Of a stretch of DNA of 64,000 bases, positions 41,038 through 54,262 are shown in pieces; within the stretch, counting starts at the first letter, position 1, and every line of letters begins with the position of its first letter. Location of the stretch: the NCBI GenBank assembly GCA_951406725.2, contig OX597818.1, positions 120,466,001 through 120,530,000 on the forward strand, written 5' to 3'. A program made the translations under genes and the position numbers. The stretch comes from Octopus vulgaris (lineage: Eukaryota). Below the pieces are notes generated by a model that saw nothing but the letters and a program-made list of their open reading frames with translations, was not told where the DNA came from and did not search any database.

Positions 41038-41195
41038 CGACGGGCTTCTTTCAGTTTCCGTCTACCAAATCTACTCACAAGGCTTTGGTCGACCCGAGGC
41101 TATAGTAGAAGACACTTGCCCAAGGTGCCACGCAGTGAGACTCAACTCTGAACCATGTGGTTGGTAAGCAAGCTACTTACCACACAGCTACTCCT
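40808..41195 (-). mobile_element. Family B SINE
   Basis: reverse complement of the 45219 copy. Confidence 0.88.
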
Positions 41196-41214
41196 AAAAA
41201 ATCACTGTGGTTAA

Positions 41215-41382
41215 TTACTGTATTTACTTATGTATAAGTCACGCCCCTAGTTTACTGTTAAATCTTGATATAAACATTTTCCCCTCATAGTTTTAGCTTT
41301 CTCCTGTGTATGCTGCATCCCAGATTTTTCAGTTAAAATCAAGTATAAAATAGTACAACTTATACACGATGAAATATGGTAA
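41215..41382. mobile_element. pogo/Tc1-mariner-type MITE
   Basis: TIR-like tactgtattt...gtataag / cttatac...aaatatggta. Confidence 0.55.
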
Positions 41383-41665
41383 TTGAAAATGCCATCTGCT
41401 TGCATGTTTAATGTGAACATCATTTTATGTCTGTTTATCCATGTTGGCATGGCTCAGATGAGTTTTTGGGGATAGTATTTTATGGTTGGATACTTTCCTA
41501 TGACATGGAGGGACATGATGTATCTATTGCAAAACTATGGTACAAATTTTAATAAATATGTATGTAATGAAAAGAATGTATAAGCTTAATGACTAGTATA
41601 TTTTTTTATTATTTTGGTAAACATGGGGGATAACTCTGGACATATTTCAGTCTTAATAGACCTCA

Positions 41666-41892
41666 TTAACCCTTTAGCATTTAATCTGGTCATATCAAGC
41701 CCAAATTTTCAATGTATTGTTTGTTCAAACTGGGCAGATCAGGCCCCTCACACCTATCCTACAATGTCATTCTGAAAATATTCAATCATATCATTGAAAT
41801 CTTAAAGCTATGAGATAACGATGATTAATTCAAAACGATGTGAACAAATAAGCATTACATTTGACAGATTAATCTGAATGCTAAAGGGTTAA
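41666..41892. mobile_element. Second piggyBac-type MITE family
   Basis: TTAA-ccctttagcatt...aatgctaaaggg-TTAA; decayed copies near 23670-23873 and 45880-46093. Confidence 0.85.
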
Positions 41893-42308
41893 AGCATGGT
41901 ATTTCTAATTAGATCTGATGCTCACTACAATGAAGTATTAACACCAACTTAACAATTTTTTCGTAAGTTATATGTAGTAGCTGCATTAAACTTGCTTAAT
42001 TCTACACTACTTGCTTTATCTCATTTGTCACAGTAATTTCTTTTGCTGTAACTTATTCGCTCTCTTTATTTCATGCTTTTTCTCTTACATATGGCTTAAT
42101 TAGATGTAGTTATTTTGCATGAAAACAAAAAAAAAAATGAGTTACAGCTTAAATCTTTAAGGCCTGAGACATATTTCACACTTTTAATATTCTCTAAGGT
42201 ATTTTAAAAGTTAGGCTTGAAGAATTTGGAGGGATAATGATGGATATTAAAGCTTTTTGTTACCATATTCCTGTTGAATATATTTCTTTTGATTCAATTA
42301 ATTTTCAA

Positions 42309-43155
42309 CATCGTCATCATCGTTTAACGTCCGTTTTCTGTGCTAGCATGGGTTGGACGGTTCGACTGGGGTCTGGGAAACCAGGAGGCTGCACCAGGCT
42401 CCAGTCTGATCTGGCAGTGTTTCTACAGCTGGATGCCTTTCCTAACACCAACCACTCTGTGAGTGTAGTGGGTGCTTTTTACATGCCATTGGCACAGGGG
42501 CCAGAGGAGGATGGCAAACGGCCACAATCGGTTGCTGATAAATTCTTTTTGACATTGCTAAGCTGTTGCTTGGGACATATGTTAACATGAAATTTTGCTG
42601 GAAAATTTTAATTTACATCTTGTATCATAGAACCATGGGCAGTCTCAGGCAGTTTAGTATCAAAAGGGTTAATTACTTTCAGGTACTTGTAATTTTGATG
42701 ATAATCTTCCTCTATGGTAAATCATCATCATCATCATCATCATCATCGTTTAACGTCCGCTTTCCATGCTAGCATGGGTTGGACGATATTGACTGAGGGC
42801 TGGCAAACCAGATGGCTGCACCAGGCTCCAATCTTAATTTGGCCGAGTTTCTACAGCTGGATGCCCTTCCTAACGCCAACCACTTTGAGAGTGTAGTGGG
42901 TGCTTTTTACGTGCCACCGGCATGGGGGCTAGTCAGGTGGTACTGGCAATGACCTCGCTCAAATCGTTTTACACGTGTCACCGGCACAGGTGCCAGTGAA
43001 GTGACGTTGGTAGCGATCATGCTCGAATGGTGCTCTTTTACGTGCCATGGGTACGGCTGCTTTGGCAGCGATCACGCTCGGATGTTGCTCTTGGCACCCT
43101 ACTAGCACAAGCATAAGTGCCAGTAAGGCCCCGCTGGTAACGATCATACTCGAAT
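42309..43155 (-). mobile_element. Two family A copies (about 42309-42535 and 42721-43155)
   Basis: (cat)n plus core. Confidence 0.8.
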
Positions 43156-43363
43156 AGCCGCTCTGTCATCAATCCTTCTAAATATAGAAGGAATCTGATA
43201 AATATATTAAAACTTATAATAAAATATCAGCATACCATCATCATCATTTTAGCATCCACTTTTCCATGCTTGCATGAATTGTATAGAGTTCTAGAGTTCA
43301 TTAAGACTTATTTTCTACAGCCAGATGCCCTTTCTGGCACCAAGCCTCCCCTGTGTCCAAGTA

Positions 43364-43581
43364 CAGTAATCCCTTGCCATATTGCAGTTCACCTATTGCA
43401 GTTTATTATTTAAGCTTATATTGATTCCTCCGTGGTGGTGTTTTGCATTTATAATAAAATAGATATATACAAATTATAAAAATAATCTAAAAAAATATAC
43501 AGTACAGTACTGTTTCTACTTTGTGGATTTTCACCTATCGTGGTAAGGTTTTGGATTTTCACCTATCGTGAGGGATTACTA
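43364..43581. mobile_element. Tigger/pogo-like MITE
   Basis: TA-cagtaatccct...agggattact termini. Confidence 0.7.
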
Positions 43582-44940
43582 TGAAGTTAAATTTTCTCCA
43601 TGGCTGGACATGTTTTCACAGAAGCTTGGAAATGAAGAACACCACTTATATAGCAATGATATTCATAACAACATGCAATGTTTTGAAAAGAAGGCACACA
43701 CACACACACATACACAAATTCAGGGTTGGCTGAAGGTACCAGCAACTTGGGCGGTCACCCAGGGTGCCATCAGCTAGGGTTCGCCAAGGAGAGCATGACA
43801 AAATAAGGAAGTTTCCATGACCTACACATCAAAGTTCGGCTTTCCCAGGGCACCAGCAACACACACACACACACACACACATAATGGGCTTCTTTTAATT
43901 TTCATCTACCAAATCCACTCAAAGCTTTGGTGGGCTCAGGGCTACAGTAGAAGCCATTTGCCCAAAGTGCTATACAATGGAACCGAATCCAGAATTATGT
44001 GCTTAGGAAGCAAACTTCACAACTACACAGCCAAATTTATTCTGGGTGACTCTATACTTCATTTTTTGGGGAAGAATACTCTTGATTAAATCGCTATTGT
44101 TTTTATGAAACCTTTAAGAGATTTTGAACTCAGAACTGTATGTTAATGAAAGCACTCACAGCTTAACTGTAATTAGATGTCACTCTAAAGTGCAAAACAC
44201 CACTCTAAGTAGATTAGAGAAGGTAGATCTAAACGGATACTATAAAAGTATTCAAATTTTTTTTTTTAAATATCTATTTTCTCAGATGAAAATAAAAAGT
44301 CTGTCCTGTAATACCAGATTCCTTTTTTTATACACAACTTGCAAACTTATCTAAACTCGTAAACTTTATAAATTAATTTATAATCATATTTTCCTAAGTG
44401 GGAAAAGATGTCATTTCAGAAGCAGTTATGAAGTGAATAATTCTCTTTGCTTTTAAGGTTAATTAAATTAAACCAACATTTCCCAAATTAGGTTTTGCAG
44501 AACATTAATACATAATAGTATCTGGTAACTGTGTTATAGAATTTATCTATTTTAAGTTTCTTATCTAATCTGATTTAAGATATACATTGGAAGGGATGTA
44601 TAATTGTTTTTCTTATTTCTTCTTTTTAGACACCGTTAGTCTAGCTGTCTTCCATGATTTAATATATTACTTACCAACATACTATTTTAGTAGGGAAGCT
44701 AAAAGAATATTTAGTATATATAAGTGCCCTTTTATTCTACTGTTTTACTTGTTTAAGACATAGGACTGTAACCATGTTTGAGCACTGCTTTGAAGGCTTT
44801 AGTTTATCAAACCTACCCCAGTGCTTATTTTAAATCTCTTGTGTATTCCATCAGTTACTTTTTACTGAACCACTAAGCTATGATGATATAATCAAATTCA
44901 TGTTAGTTATCAAGCAGTGAGAGACGGTCACATAAATATA

Positions 44941-45135
44941 CGGCGAACTGGCAGAATCGTTAGCATGCCGGGCGAAATGCATAGCCGTATTTCGTCTGCC
45001 ATTACGTTCTGAGTTCAAATTCTGCCGAGGTCGACTTTGCCTTTCATCCTTGCGAGATCAATAAATTAAATACCAGATCTAATCGACTGGCCTTCTCTCC
45101 CCAAATTTCGGGCCTTGTGCCTAGAGTAGAAAAGA
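44941..45135 (+). mobile_element. Family C SINE
   Basis: similarity to other family C copies. Confidence 0.85.
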
Positions 45136-45218
45136 ACATTTCTTCCTACTTATGTTAAACGGCGGTGCATCAGCATGGCCGCAGCTCTGAGCTGAAACTA
45201 AAAAAAAAAAAAATACAT

Positions 45219-45390
45219 AGGCGCAGGAGTGGCTGTGTGGTAAGTAGCTTGCTAACCAACCACATGGTTGCGGGTTCAGTCCCACTGTGTGGCATCTTGG
45301 GCAAGTGTCTTCTGCTATAGCCCCGTGCCGACCAATGCCTTGTGAGTGGATTTGGTAGACGGAAACTGAAAGAAGCCTGTCGTATATATG

Positions 45391-45421
<31 letters not shown>

Positions 45422-45625
45422 TTGTGTGTCTGTGTTTGTCCCCCTAGCATTGCTTGACAACCGATGCTGGTGTGTCTACGTCCCCGCCACTTAGTGGTTC
45501 GGCAAAAGAGACCGATAGAATAAGTACTGGGCTTACAAAGAATAAGTTCCGGGGTCGATTTGATCGACTAAAGGCGGTGCTCCAGCATGGCCGCAGTCAA
45601 ATGACTGAAACAAGTAAAAGAAAAA
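45219..45625 (+). mobile_element. Family B tRNA-derived SINE, near full length
   Basis: ggcgcaggagtggctgtgtggtaag (A box)...gggttcagtccc (B box)...gactgaaacaagtaaaaga. Confidence 0.9.
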
Positions 45626-46291
45626 GAGAAAAGAGAAAGAGAAAGATACATGACTGGCTTCACACATATTTTGCCTACCAAATTCTCTCACAAAGCATTG
45701 ATTGGCCTGGGACTACTGTAGAAGGTACTTGCCTAAAGATTTGCATTGTTGGACCAATCCTTAAAGCCTATAAATGCAAGGTTAACTTCTTAAATTCACA
45801 GTTATGTGTGTGCTTAAATGTTTGTTTACAAAAAATGTATGTCAGCTTTTGTGGAATGAAACTTGGAGACATCATTGTCTTAACCTTTTAGCCTTCAGAT
45901 TTCTCTATTAAATGTATTTATTCATAATGACATGAACCAGTCACGCATTATCTTGTAACTTTGAGATTTCAATGATGTGATTGTTAATTTTTAGAATAAT
46001 ATTGTAGGGTAAGTGTGATAGGCCAGATCTGGCCAATTTGAAGATAAAACAGGTAGAGTATTTGGCTAGATGTAGCCAAATGCTAAAGAATTAATGTTCA
46101 CTTTTCCACGCTTGCATAGATCAGATGAAATTCATTGAAGCAGGTTTTCCATGACCGGATGCCCCCAACTTTTTTGGTATGGCTATCAAAATGACTGCAG
46201 TCTTACATTTGTTAATATCCATCAAAGATCATTCAACTTCACTTACACGAATTTTGAGAAAGAAACTCAAGAGTTGGTAGAAATGAATGAA

Positions 46292-46710
46292 GGCGGCGAG
46301 CTGGCAGAATCATTAGCACGCCCGGCGAAATGATTTGTGGTATTTCGTCCGCCGCTGCGTTCTGAGTTCAAAATCCACCCAGGTCGACTTTGCCATTCAT
46401 CCTTTCAGGGTCGATAAATTAAGCACCAGTTACGCACTGGGGTCGATGTAATCGATTTAATCCATTTGTCTGTCCTTGTTTGTCCCCTCTGTGTTTAGCC
46501 CCTTGTGGGTAGTAAAGAAATAGGTATTTCATTTGTTATTATGTTCTGAGTTCAGATTCTGCCGAGGTTGACTTTGCCTTTTGTCTTTCGGGGTCGATAA
46601 ATTAAGTACCAGTTATGCACTGGGGTCGATGTAATCGACTTAATCCATTTGTCTGTCCTTGTTTGTCCCCTCTGTGTTTAGACCCTTGTGGGCAATAAGG
46701 AAATAAGAAA
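46292..46710 (+). mobile_element. Family C SINE tandem dimer
   Basis: two cores, each ending ccccttgtggg..aaa.gaaata. Confidence 0.88.
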
Positions 46711-47210
46711 TGAATGATCCCTCTGTCCCACTCATTTTTATCAGTGTTGTACTCTGAAGGTCTTCTCCTGACACATCATTTCTACTATCATTATTTTTAT
46801 AAAGCTCGACCCAGTCAATCCCATGCTTCTCTTCTCAAATGTGAGCAGTCATGTAGCTACTCTCCTGCAAAAAACCTATTTTGTTCTGCTCCCTTCTCTC
46901 ACCCTTCTATCTCTCATCTCTTAGTATAAAGCTGCTCCCTTCAGGTTCATAGTCTTGTAAGCTGCATGGTGACTTCACAAGTGCTGGTGGCACTTAAAAG
47001 GGACCCACTACTTGCAGTGAAGTGGTCAGCATTAGGAAGGGCATCTAACCATAGAAACTATGCCAGAGTAGATACTGGAGCACAATGCCATCCTCTGGCT
47101 TGCTGGATCCTTGCAAACCATCCAATCTATGCCAGCATGAACATGGACATTAAATGATGATGATGATGATTTATACATAAAGTGTGTTTCAAACATGGAG
47201 GAGTAATTTT

Positions 47211-47620
47211 AGGCATAGGAGGTGCTGTGTGGTAAGTAGTTTGCTTCCCAACCACATGGTTACGGGTTCAGTCCCACTGCGTGGCATCTTGGGCAAGAGT
47301 CTTCTAGTATAACCTTAGGCTGACCAAAGCCTTGAGTGGATTTGGTAGACGGAAACTGAAAGAAGCCCGTCGTATATATGTATATATATATATGTATGTG
47401 TGTGTGTGTGTGTATGTTTGTGTGTCTGTGTTTGTCCCCCCAACATCGCTTGACAACCGATGCTGGTGTGTTTACGTCCCCGTAACTTAGCGGTTCGGCA
47501 AAAGAGACCGATAGAATAAGTACTAGGCTTACAAAGAATAAGTCCTGGGGTTGATTTGCTCGACTGAAGGTGGTGCTCCAGCAAGGCCACAGTCAAATGA
47601 CTGAAACAAGTAAAAGAGAG
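47211..47620 (+). mobile_element. Family B SINE
   Basis: similarity to the 45219 copy. Confidence 0.9.
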
Positions 47621-48309
47621 ATAAATTAAGAGATAGCTGGATTAAATGGAATCTACCATTACGAATAATGATTATCTCAATCTATTGCACGTAAAAACCT
47701 AACAATGTAGATGACCCACCTTTCTCATCTAATTATTATTAAGTAAAATCTTAATGATGTAGATGATACATTCATCATCAATCAAACACCATCACTGATC
47801 TCTTAGTGATCTTGTATTTTACCATTTTTGTCGATGATTTTGATTTACACTGACCCATTGCTTTGCAGTCTAGAGCATCTCACACCTCTGATCTTTTGAT
47901 GTAGAATATGATCGTTACCAGCGTCGCCTTACTGGCACTTGTGCATGTGCTAGTAGGGTGCCAATCCGAGCGTGATCGTTGCCAGAACAGCCAACTGGCT
48001 TCCGTGCCAGTGGCACATAAAAGGCACCATTCGAGTGTGATCGTTACCAACGTTGCTTCACTGGCACCTGTGCCAGTGGCACATGTAAAAAGATTCGAGT
48101 GAGGTCGTTGCTAGTGCTGCCTGACTGGCCCCCGTGCCGGTGGCACATAAAAAGCTAAATTGTGTATTTGGAAGCAGACTTATTAACTTCATGGCTATGC
48201 CTGCATCTTTATAGAATAAAATTATCATATTACAATGCTATGCAGAATGCCATTGATTTGATGGTGTTTAACAAAACAGTACCATAGACTGCGTTTGTCC
48301 CTCCAAAAT

Positions 48310-48553
48310 CGATTGTCAAGCAATGTTGGGGGGACAAACACAGACACACAAACATATACATACACATACATATATATATACACATATATACAGCGGGATT
48401 CTTTCAGTTTCCATCTACCAAATCCACTCACAAGGCTTTGGTTGGCCTGAAGCCATACTAGAAGACACTTGCCCAAGGTGCCACACAGTGGGACTTAACC
48501 CGTAACCATGTGGTTGGTAAGCAAGCAACTTACCACAGCCACTCCTGTGCCTA
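48310..48553 (-). mobile_element. Family B SINE, 5' part
   Basis: reverse complement similarity. Confidence 0.85.
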
Positions 48554-49511
48554 TTTGAACAATTTTAGCATAATTCAATTAAATGTTATCCATTAATAGT
48601 GATTTTACAAGGGAGATAATCATTTCTTCATAAAATTTGGTAGGATTAGAAATTTGAATTTGAAATTAAGGAATTATAAGGTTCATAGCATTCATATTGA
48701 TATCAAGGAATTATAAGATGCATAGAATTCATATTGAATTTTTTTGTTTAATTATGAAGTTTTAAAAATTTCGAGTCATTGATAATCATGTATTTATGTA
48801 TAGCACTATTTCATTCTGTTTAGAAATCGCTAAGTATAATATAATCTGAGATTTATTAATCAAACATAATTTTTCTACAAAAAAGACACTAGAAGCAATA
48901 TGCAGGAGAGGCTCTGTGGTAAGTAGCTTGCTTACCAACTACATGGTTCCAGGTTCAGTCCCACTGCGTGACACCTTGAGCAAGTGTCTTCTACTATAGC
49001 CTTGGGTCGATCAAAGCCTTGTGAGTGGATTTGGTAGACGGAAACTAAAAGAAGCTTGTCGTATATATGTGTGCACACACACACACACACACACTCTCTC
49101 TCTCCCATCAAAGATAATGTCCTTTTCATATGTTCAGTATTTCCTGAGTATTCTTATTTCTTTACTGCCCACAAGGAGCTACACACAGAGGGTACAAACA
49201 AGGACAGACAAAAGGATTAAATCGATTACATCGACCCCAGTGTGTAGCTGGCACTTATTTAATTGACCCCCAAGAGGATAAAAAGCAAAGTCAACCTTGG
49301 TGGAAATTGAACTCAGAATGTAACATCAGACGAAATACTGCTAAGCATTTCAGCTGGTGTACTAATATATATTACGGAGATGTACTTGCATAGCAAGTGA
49401 CTTGATTTGTGATCATGTGCTGAAACAAAATCTATTGCAGCATGGAAGGTGTTTATAAGCCATTTAAAAACATACAAAAACCGTTAGATTCATTTCAACA
49501 TTTAAATTTAA

Positions 49512-49563
49512 TTTGTCAAAATACTTTCGTCACTTTGAGACCGTAACCTGTTCACTGATGAAA
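49512..49563 (-). ncRNA. Minimal hammerhead-like motif with G3:C8 core variant, inside a probable dispersed repeat
   Basis: minus strand tca-GTGAACA-g-gttac-ggtctcaaa-gtgac-GAA-agtatt-t-tgacaaa. Confidence 0.45.
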
Positions 49564-49573
49564 TTCTGTGCTG

Positions 49574-49607
<34 letters not shown>

Positions 49608-50984
49608 CATACATGCACACCCATACACAATGCTCTTTCTTTCTCTGTCATCTATTCAAACTACTCCTTTGTCTCCTTCTCTTCCTTCACATTAACCTCT
49701 GACATTACTCTCTTCTCCTCTACTCCCACTCCAACTCTAGTCCTTCTGTTACTCCTCTCCCCATTACCATTTTCTTGCAATAAAACTGTTCCATACATCA
49801 TGGGGTTTCTCTTGTGATTTGCAAGCTACAAGACAACCCCAGTAGTGCTGGTTCCACCAAAAACCCCCTGTACATAAAAGGTGATTAAAAGAGGTTGAGA
49901 TAGGACTTGCACTCCGACCTTGTAAAATCCTCTCCAGCATTGACTACCCAAACAGATCCACAGGTTAGAGAACTGTTGCCTGAGTGGTCCAAAGGTGTTT
50001 TCTGCCAGGAGTAAGGAGTCACCAACAAATGGTAATGCATCATGTTGTTATAGCACATGCCTCCATAGTACTACTACTACTACAACACTGTAATTGTTGG
50101 CTAATCAATCTGAACAGCAACAATGCAAGGCTTGAAAAGGCTCTTTAGGGTTACTGATGGCAAGGCAACCTCTATAGAGCTGGTGCTGGGAAAAATGCAC
50201 CCAGTACACACTGTGAAGTTGTTGGTGTTTGGAAGAACATCAAGCCATTGAAACCATGTGAAAAATGAGCCAGAGGGAGACATGGTCCTCCAATCTATTG
50301 AATTGTGTCAAGCTATCCTATTATTGCCAGCATGGAAAGCACATAGAAAATGACAGTGATGAGTGTGTGTGTGTGAACATTCATTTGCACACATATGAAC
50401 AACATTCTGACTTTAGTTTTCAATTAGGAGGAACAGGTTCCTTTTAAACCAATAAGTGAAATGTTATCAGATGTCATGTCAGTTTATATCCTTCCATTGG
50501 CTCTGAGCTGTGTTCTTAAACACCCATTTTTCCTGGTTGTAAGAAGCACAAAATGAACTTATCAACATTTTAACATTTTTCTTGTCTAACTTCTTGGCTA
50601 AGAAGTTTCCTTCCCAGCCTTGTGATACTGTATTTGATCTTACTGAATGGCATGTTGGGCAAGTTTTTTTACTATAATCTTGAACTGAACAAGGCTTTAT
50701 GAGTAAAATTTGGCAGATGGAAACCCATTATATGTATGTATGTGTGTAGGTTAGTAGGTATGCATGTAGACATGCATATGTAGGCATGACTGTGAAGATG
50801 GAGGCATTGTTGTTAAAGTTGGGTGGCATGGCTGTAAGATTAAGAAATATGTTTCCCAACTGTGGAATTTTTGCTTCAGTTCTATTGCATGGCACTTTGA
50901 ACAGGTGTCTTCTGTGATATCCATAGGCTGATTAAAGTGTTGAGTGGATTTGGTAGATAGAAACTGAATCAAGTCCTTACATAT

Positions 50985-51144
50985 GCAGGAGTGGCTGTGT
51001 GGTAAGTAGTTTGCTTACCAACCACATGGCTCCGGGTTCAGTCCCACTGCGTGGCACCTTGGGCGAGTGTCTTCTGCTATAGCCTCGGGCCGACCAAGGA
51101 CTTGTGAGTGGATTTGGTAGATGGAAACTGAAAGAAGCCCATCG

Positions 51145-51175
<31 letters not shown>

Positions 51176-51375
51176 TTGTGTGTTTGTGTTTGTCCCCCAA
51201 CATCACTTGATACCCGGTGCTGGTGTGTTTACATCCCCGTAACTTAGCGGTTCAGCAAAAGCATCCGATAGAATAAGTACTAGGCTTACAAAGAATAAGT
51301 CCTGGGGTCGATTTGCTCAACTAATGTGGTGCTCCAGCATGGCCACAGTCAAATGACTGAAACAAGTAAAAGAGT
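50985..51375 (+). mobile_element. Family B SINE
   Basis: similarity to the 45219 copy. Confidence 0.9.
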
Positions 51376-52235
51376 AAAGGAGTATGTGTATTTTAGTTTC
51401 CTTGTCTTGATATTGCATGCTAGATGTAAACAAGTGTGATTGTTATATTAATTTCCTATCTTCTGTACAAATATGTTTGGTCATAAGGAAATATTACCTT
51501 GCTTAGAAGCAGACGAGGTTTGATGACAGGAAGGGCATCCGGCTCTAGAAAGTCCACCTCAGCAAATTTTATCTGACCCATGCAAGCATGGAAAAGTGGG
51601 TACTAAAAAAATGATGATAATAATAATGTGTGTGTGTGTTTCCATGTGCCTTTACATCAACAACATTTGGGTTGTGGTGATGTTGGTTATACCCTGTATA
51701 AACAAAATGTTTGGCAATTCAGAATTTTCATGAGAGCAAAAAGTATCTTAGGTGATGTGGGAAACAAGGATTGGCATCAGGTAGGGTATCCTGTGATAGA
51801 ATATTTCCTCAAGATGTCTCAGCAATCCATGTCAGCATGAAAAAAGCATTAACAAAAATGATTGTGAAGTTTGTAATATATCCATTCGCCAACTTTCCCA
51901 TGGTTTCATGAGTCAGATGAAATGTTTTTGAGGTAGATGTTCTAGGTCCAGATGCCCTTCCTGTTGCCAACCCACCTTGTTTTAAGCAAGGAAATATTTC
52001 CTCAGGGACAGACATGTTTCTCACCGAAGGCTTGAAACGAACATCATTTGTATGATGGGTATGCTTGTTTACAGCCATGACATCAAGACAAGGGTGCATA
52101 CATACACACGTATATATGTGTATACATCTCTCTCTCATATATATATAAAAATTCTTCCTATGACCTTAAACAATACTAAGCCCAACCACACACATAGATA
52201 AACAGCCACATACACACACACACACACGTGCTATC

Positions 52236-52276
<41 letters not shown>

Positions 52277-52594
52277 ACCTGCACACATGCACATACCCAC
52301 ACATACCTCCTTCTCTTGCACTCTCTTGTCTTTGAAAGAACTTTTTCCTCACCCATTCCCTTCCAGTCATTTCAATATGTGACCGCGTGTGTATCGTTGG
52401 CGATTTTCTTTCTCCGTCTTCCCTTTTTTGGACTTTCTCTATATTTCTGACGAAGAGTTTCACTCAAAACGTGAAATCCTCTTTCTTTTCTTCCCTTTCC
52501 TGAGCTTCCAATAACACTGTCCTTATTCCACGTCCTTGCATTGTTGTGTTTTCTCTTTGTTCATGTTTGGATTAACTATATATATATATATATA

Positions 52595-52831
52595 TCATCA
52601 TCATCATCGTTTAACATCCGCTTTCTATGCCAGCATGGGTTAGACGGTTTCACTGGGGTCTGGGAAGCCAGGAGGCTGCTCCAGGCCCAGTGTGATCTGG
52701 CAGTGTTTCTACAGCTGGATACCTTTCCTAATGCCAACCACTCCATGAATGTAGTGGGTGCTTTTTACGTGCCACCGGCACGGAGGCCAGGCAAGGCTGG
52801 CTACGGCCACGATCGGTTGGTGCTTTTTACG

Positions 52832-52835
<4 letters not shown>
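52595..52835 (-). mobile_element. Family A copy
   Basis: (cat)n plus core. Confidence 0.85.
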
Positions 52836-52892
<57 letters not shown>

Positions 52893-53121
52893 TGGCAAGT
52901 TTCTTTCTGGTTCTGTCCCCTAAATTCACCCATGAGCCTTTGGTTGACCTTGGGCTATAGTAGAAGACATTTGCCCGGGGTGCCATGCAGTGTTACTTAC
53001 CCCCAAGACTATGTCTTTGGGAAACAAGTTTCTTAACCTAACACCCATTATTATTATTATTATACTTTGTTTTGCTAAATTCTTGATGTGAACTTGGTTG
53101 TTGAAACAGGCATTGTTGAAA

Positions 53122-53520
53122 TAGGCATAGGAGTGGCTGTGTGGTAAGTAGCTTGCCTACCAACCACATGGTTCCAGGTTCAGTCCCACTGCATGGCACC
53201 TTCGGTAAGTGTCTTCTACTGACCAAAGCCTTGTAAGTGGATTTGGTAGACAGAAACTGAAAGAAGCCCGTCGTATATATGTAGATATATGTATGTGTGT
53301 GTATATGTTTGTGTGTCTGAGTTTGTCCCCCCCCCCCAACAACAACAACGCTTGACAACCGATGCTGGTGTGCTTACATCCCCATAACTTAGCGATTTGG
53401 CAAAAGAGAACGATAGAATAAGTACTAGGCTTACAAGAATAAGTCCTGGGGTTGATTTGCTCGACTATAGGCAGTGCTCCAACATGACCACAGTCAAATG
53501 ACTGAAACAAGTAAAAGAGT
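53122..53520 (+). mobile_element. Family B SINE
   Basis: similarity; interrupts one copy of a local duplication. Confidence 0.88.
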
Positions 53521-53661
53521 AATTTGGGATGATCGTACTGTTTACAAAAGCACACACACAATCTGGCTGTATTTTACTGCAACTTTATTGCTTGTTAATT
53601 AATGTTCAAGACTTCAATTCAATACCTGAAAATTTACTGAATCTCTTCAAATTCTTGGTTA

Positions 53662-54040
53662 TTTTTACCTCCACCTTAGCAAAGGTGGAGGTATTGTTTT
53701 CAGTCATGCTTGTTTGTTTGTTTGTTTGTCGATAGACAAGATATCTCAAGAACTGCTGGATGGATTCAGATTAAACTTTCAGGGATGTTTGGCCTCATGA
53801 CTCACATGAACTGATTAACTTTTGGGATTGATCTGGTACCAGACAAAACTTCTGGATTATCTTTCTGTTTTTTTTACTTAATTTTTGAGGGCAGATCTGG
53901 TTCATTTTTAGTATTCTTGTTTGTGAGAGCAGTTGAGTTTATTTCAAATATTCTCATTTTAAAAATAATCTCTGCCTGATCGTTGAGAGGACATTGGTGT
54001 TGCCTTGGTGGAGGTATGTGCTCTCTGAGCGCTCTTGTTA
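53662..54040 (+). mobile_element. Helentron-associated (DINE-1/HINE-like) element
   Basis: 5' subTIR tacctccacc with adjacent inverted copy, (GTTT)n, 3' ggtggaggta plus gtgctc-tct-gagcgc stem-loop, inserted in a T run. Confidence 0.75.
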
Positions 54041-54045
54041 TAAAA

Positions 54046-54262
54046 GGCGGCGAGCAGGCAGAAACGTTAGCACGCCGGGCGAAATGCGTAGCCGTATTTC
54101 GTCTGCCGTTACATTCTGAGTTCAAATTCCGCCGAGGTCAACTTTCCCTTTCATCCTTTCGGGGTTGATAAATTAAGTACCAGTTACGCACTGGGGTCGA
54201 TAAAATCGACTTAATCCGTTTGTCTGTCCTTGTTTGTCCCATTTGTGTTTAGCCCCTTGTGG
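54046..54262 (+). mobile_element. Family C SINE
   Basis: similarity to other copies. Confidence 0.88.

Noticed and set aside
45219-45295. tRNA-like A and B boxes
   Set aside because: Head of a multi-copy SINE; no complete cloverleaf evident
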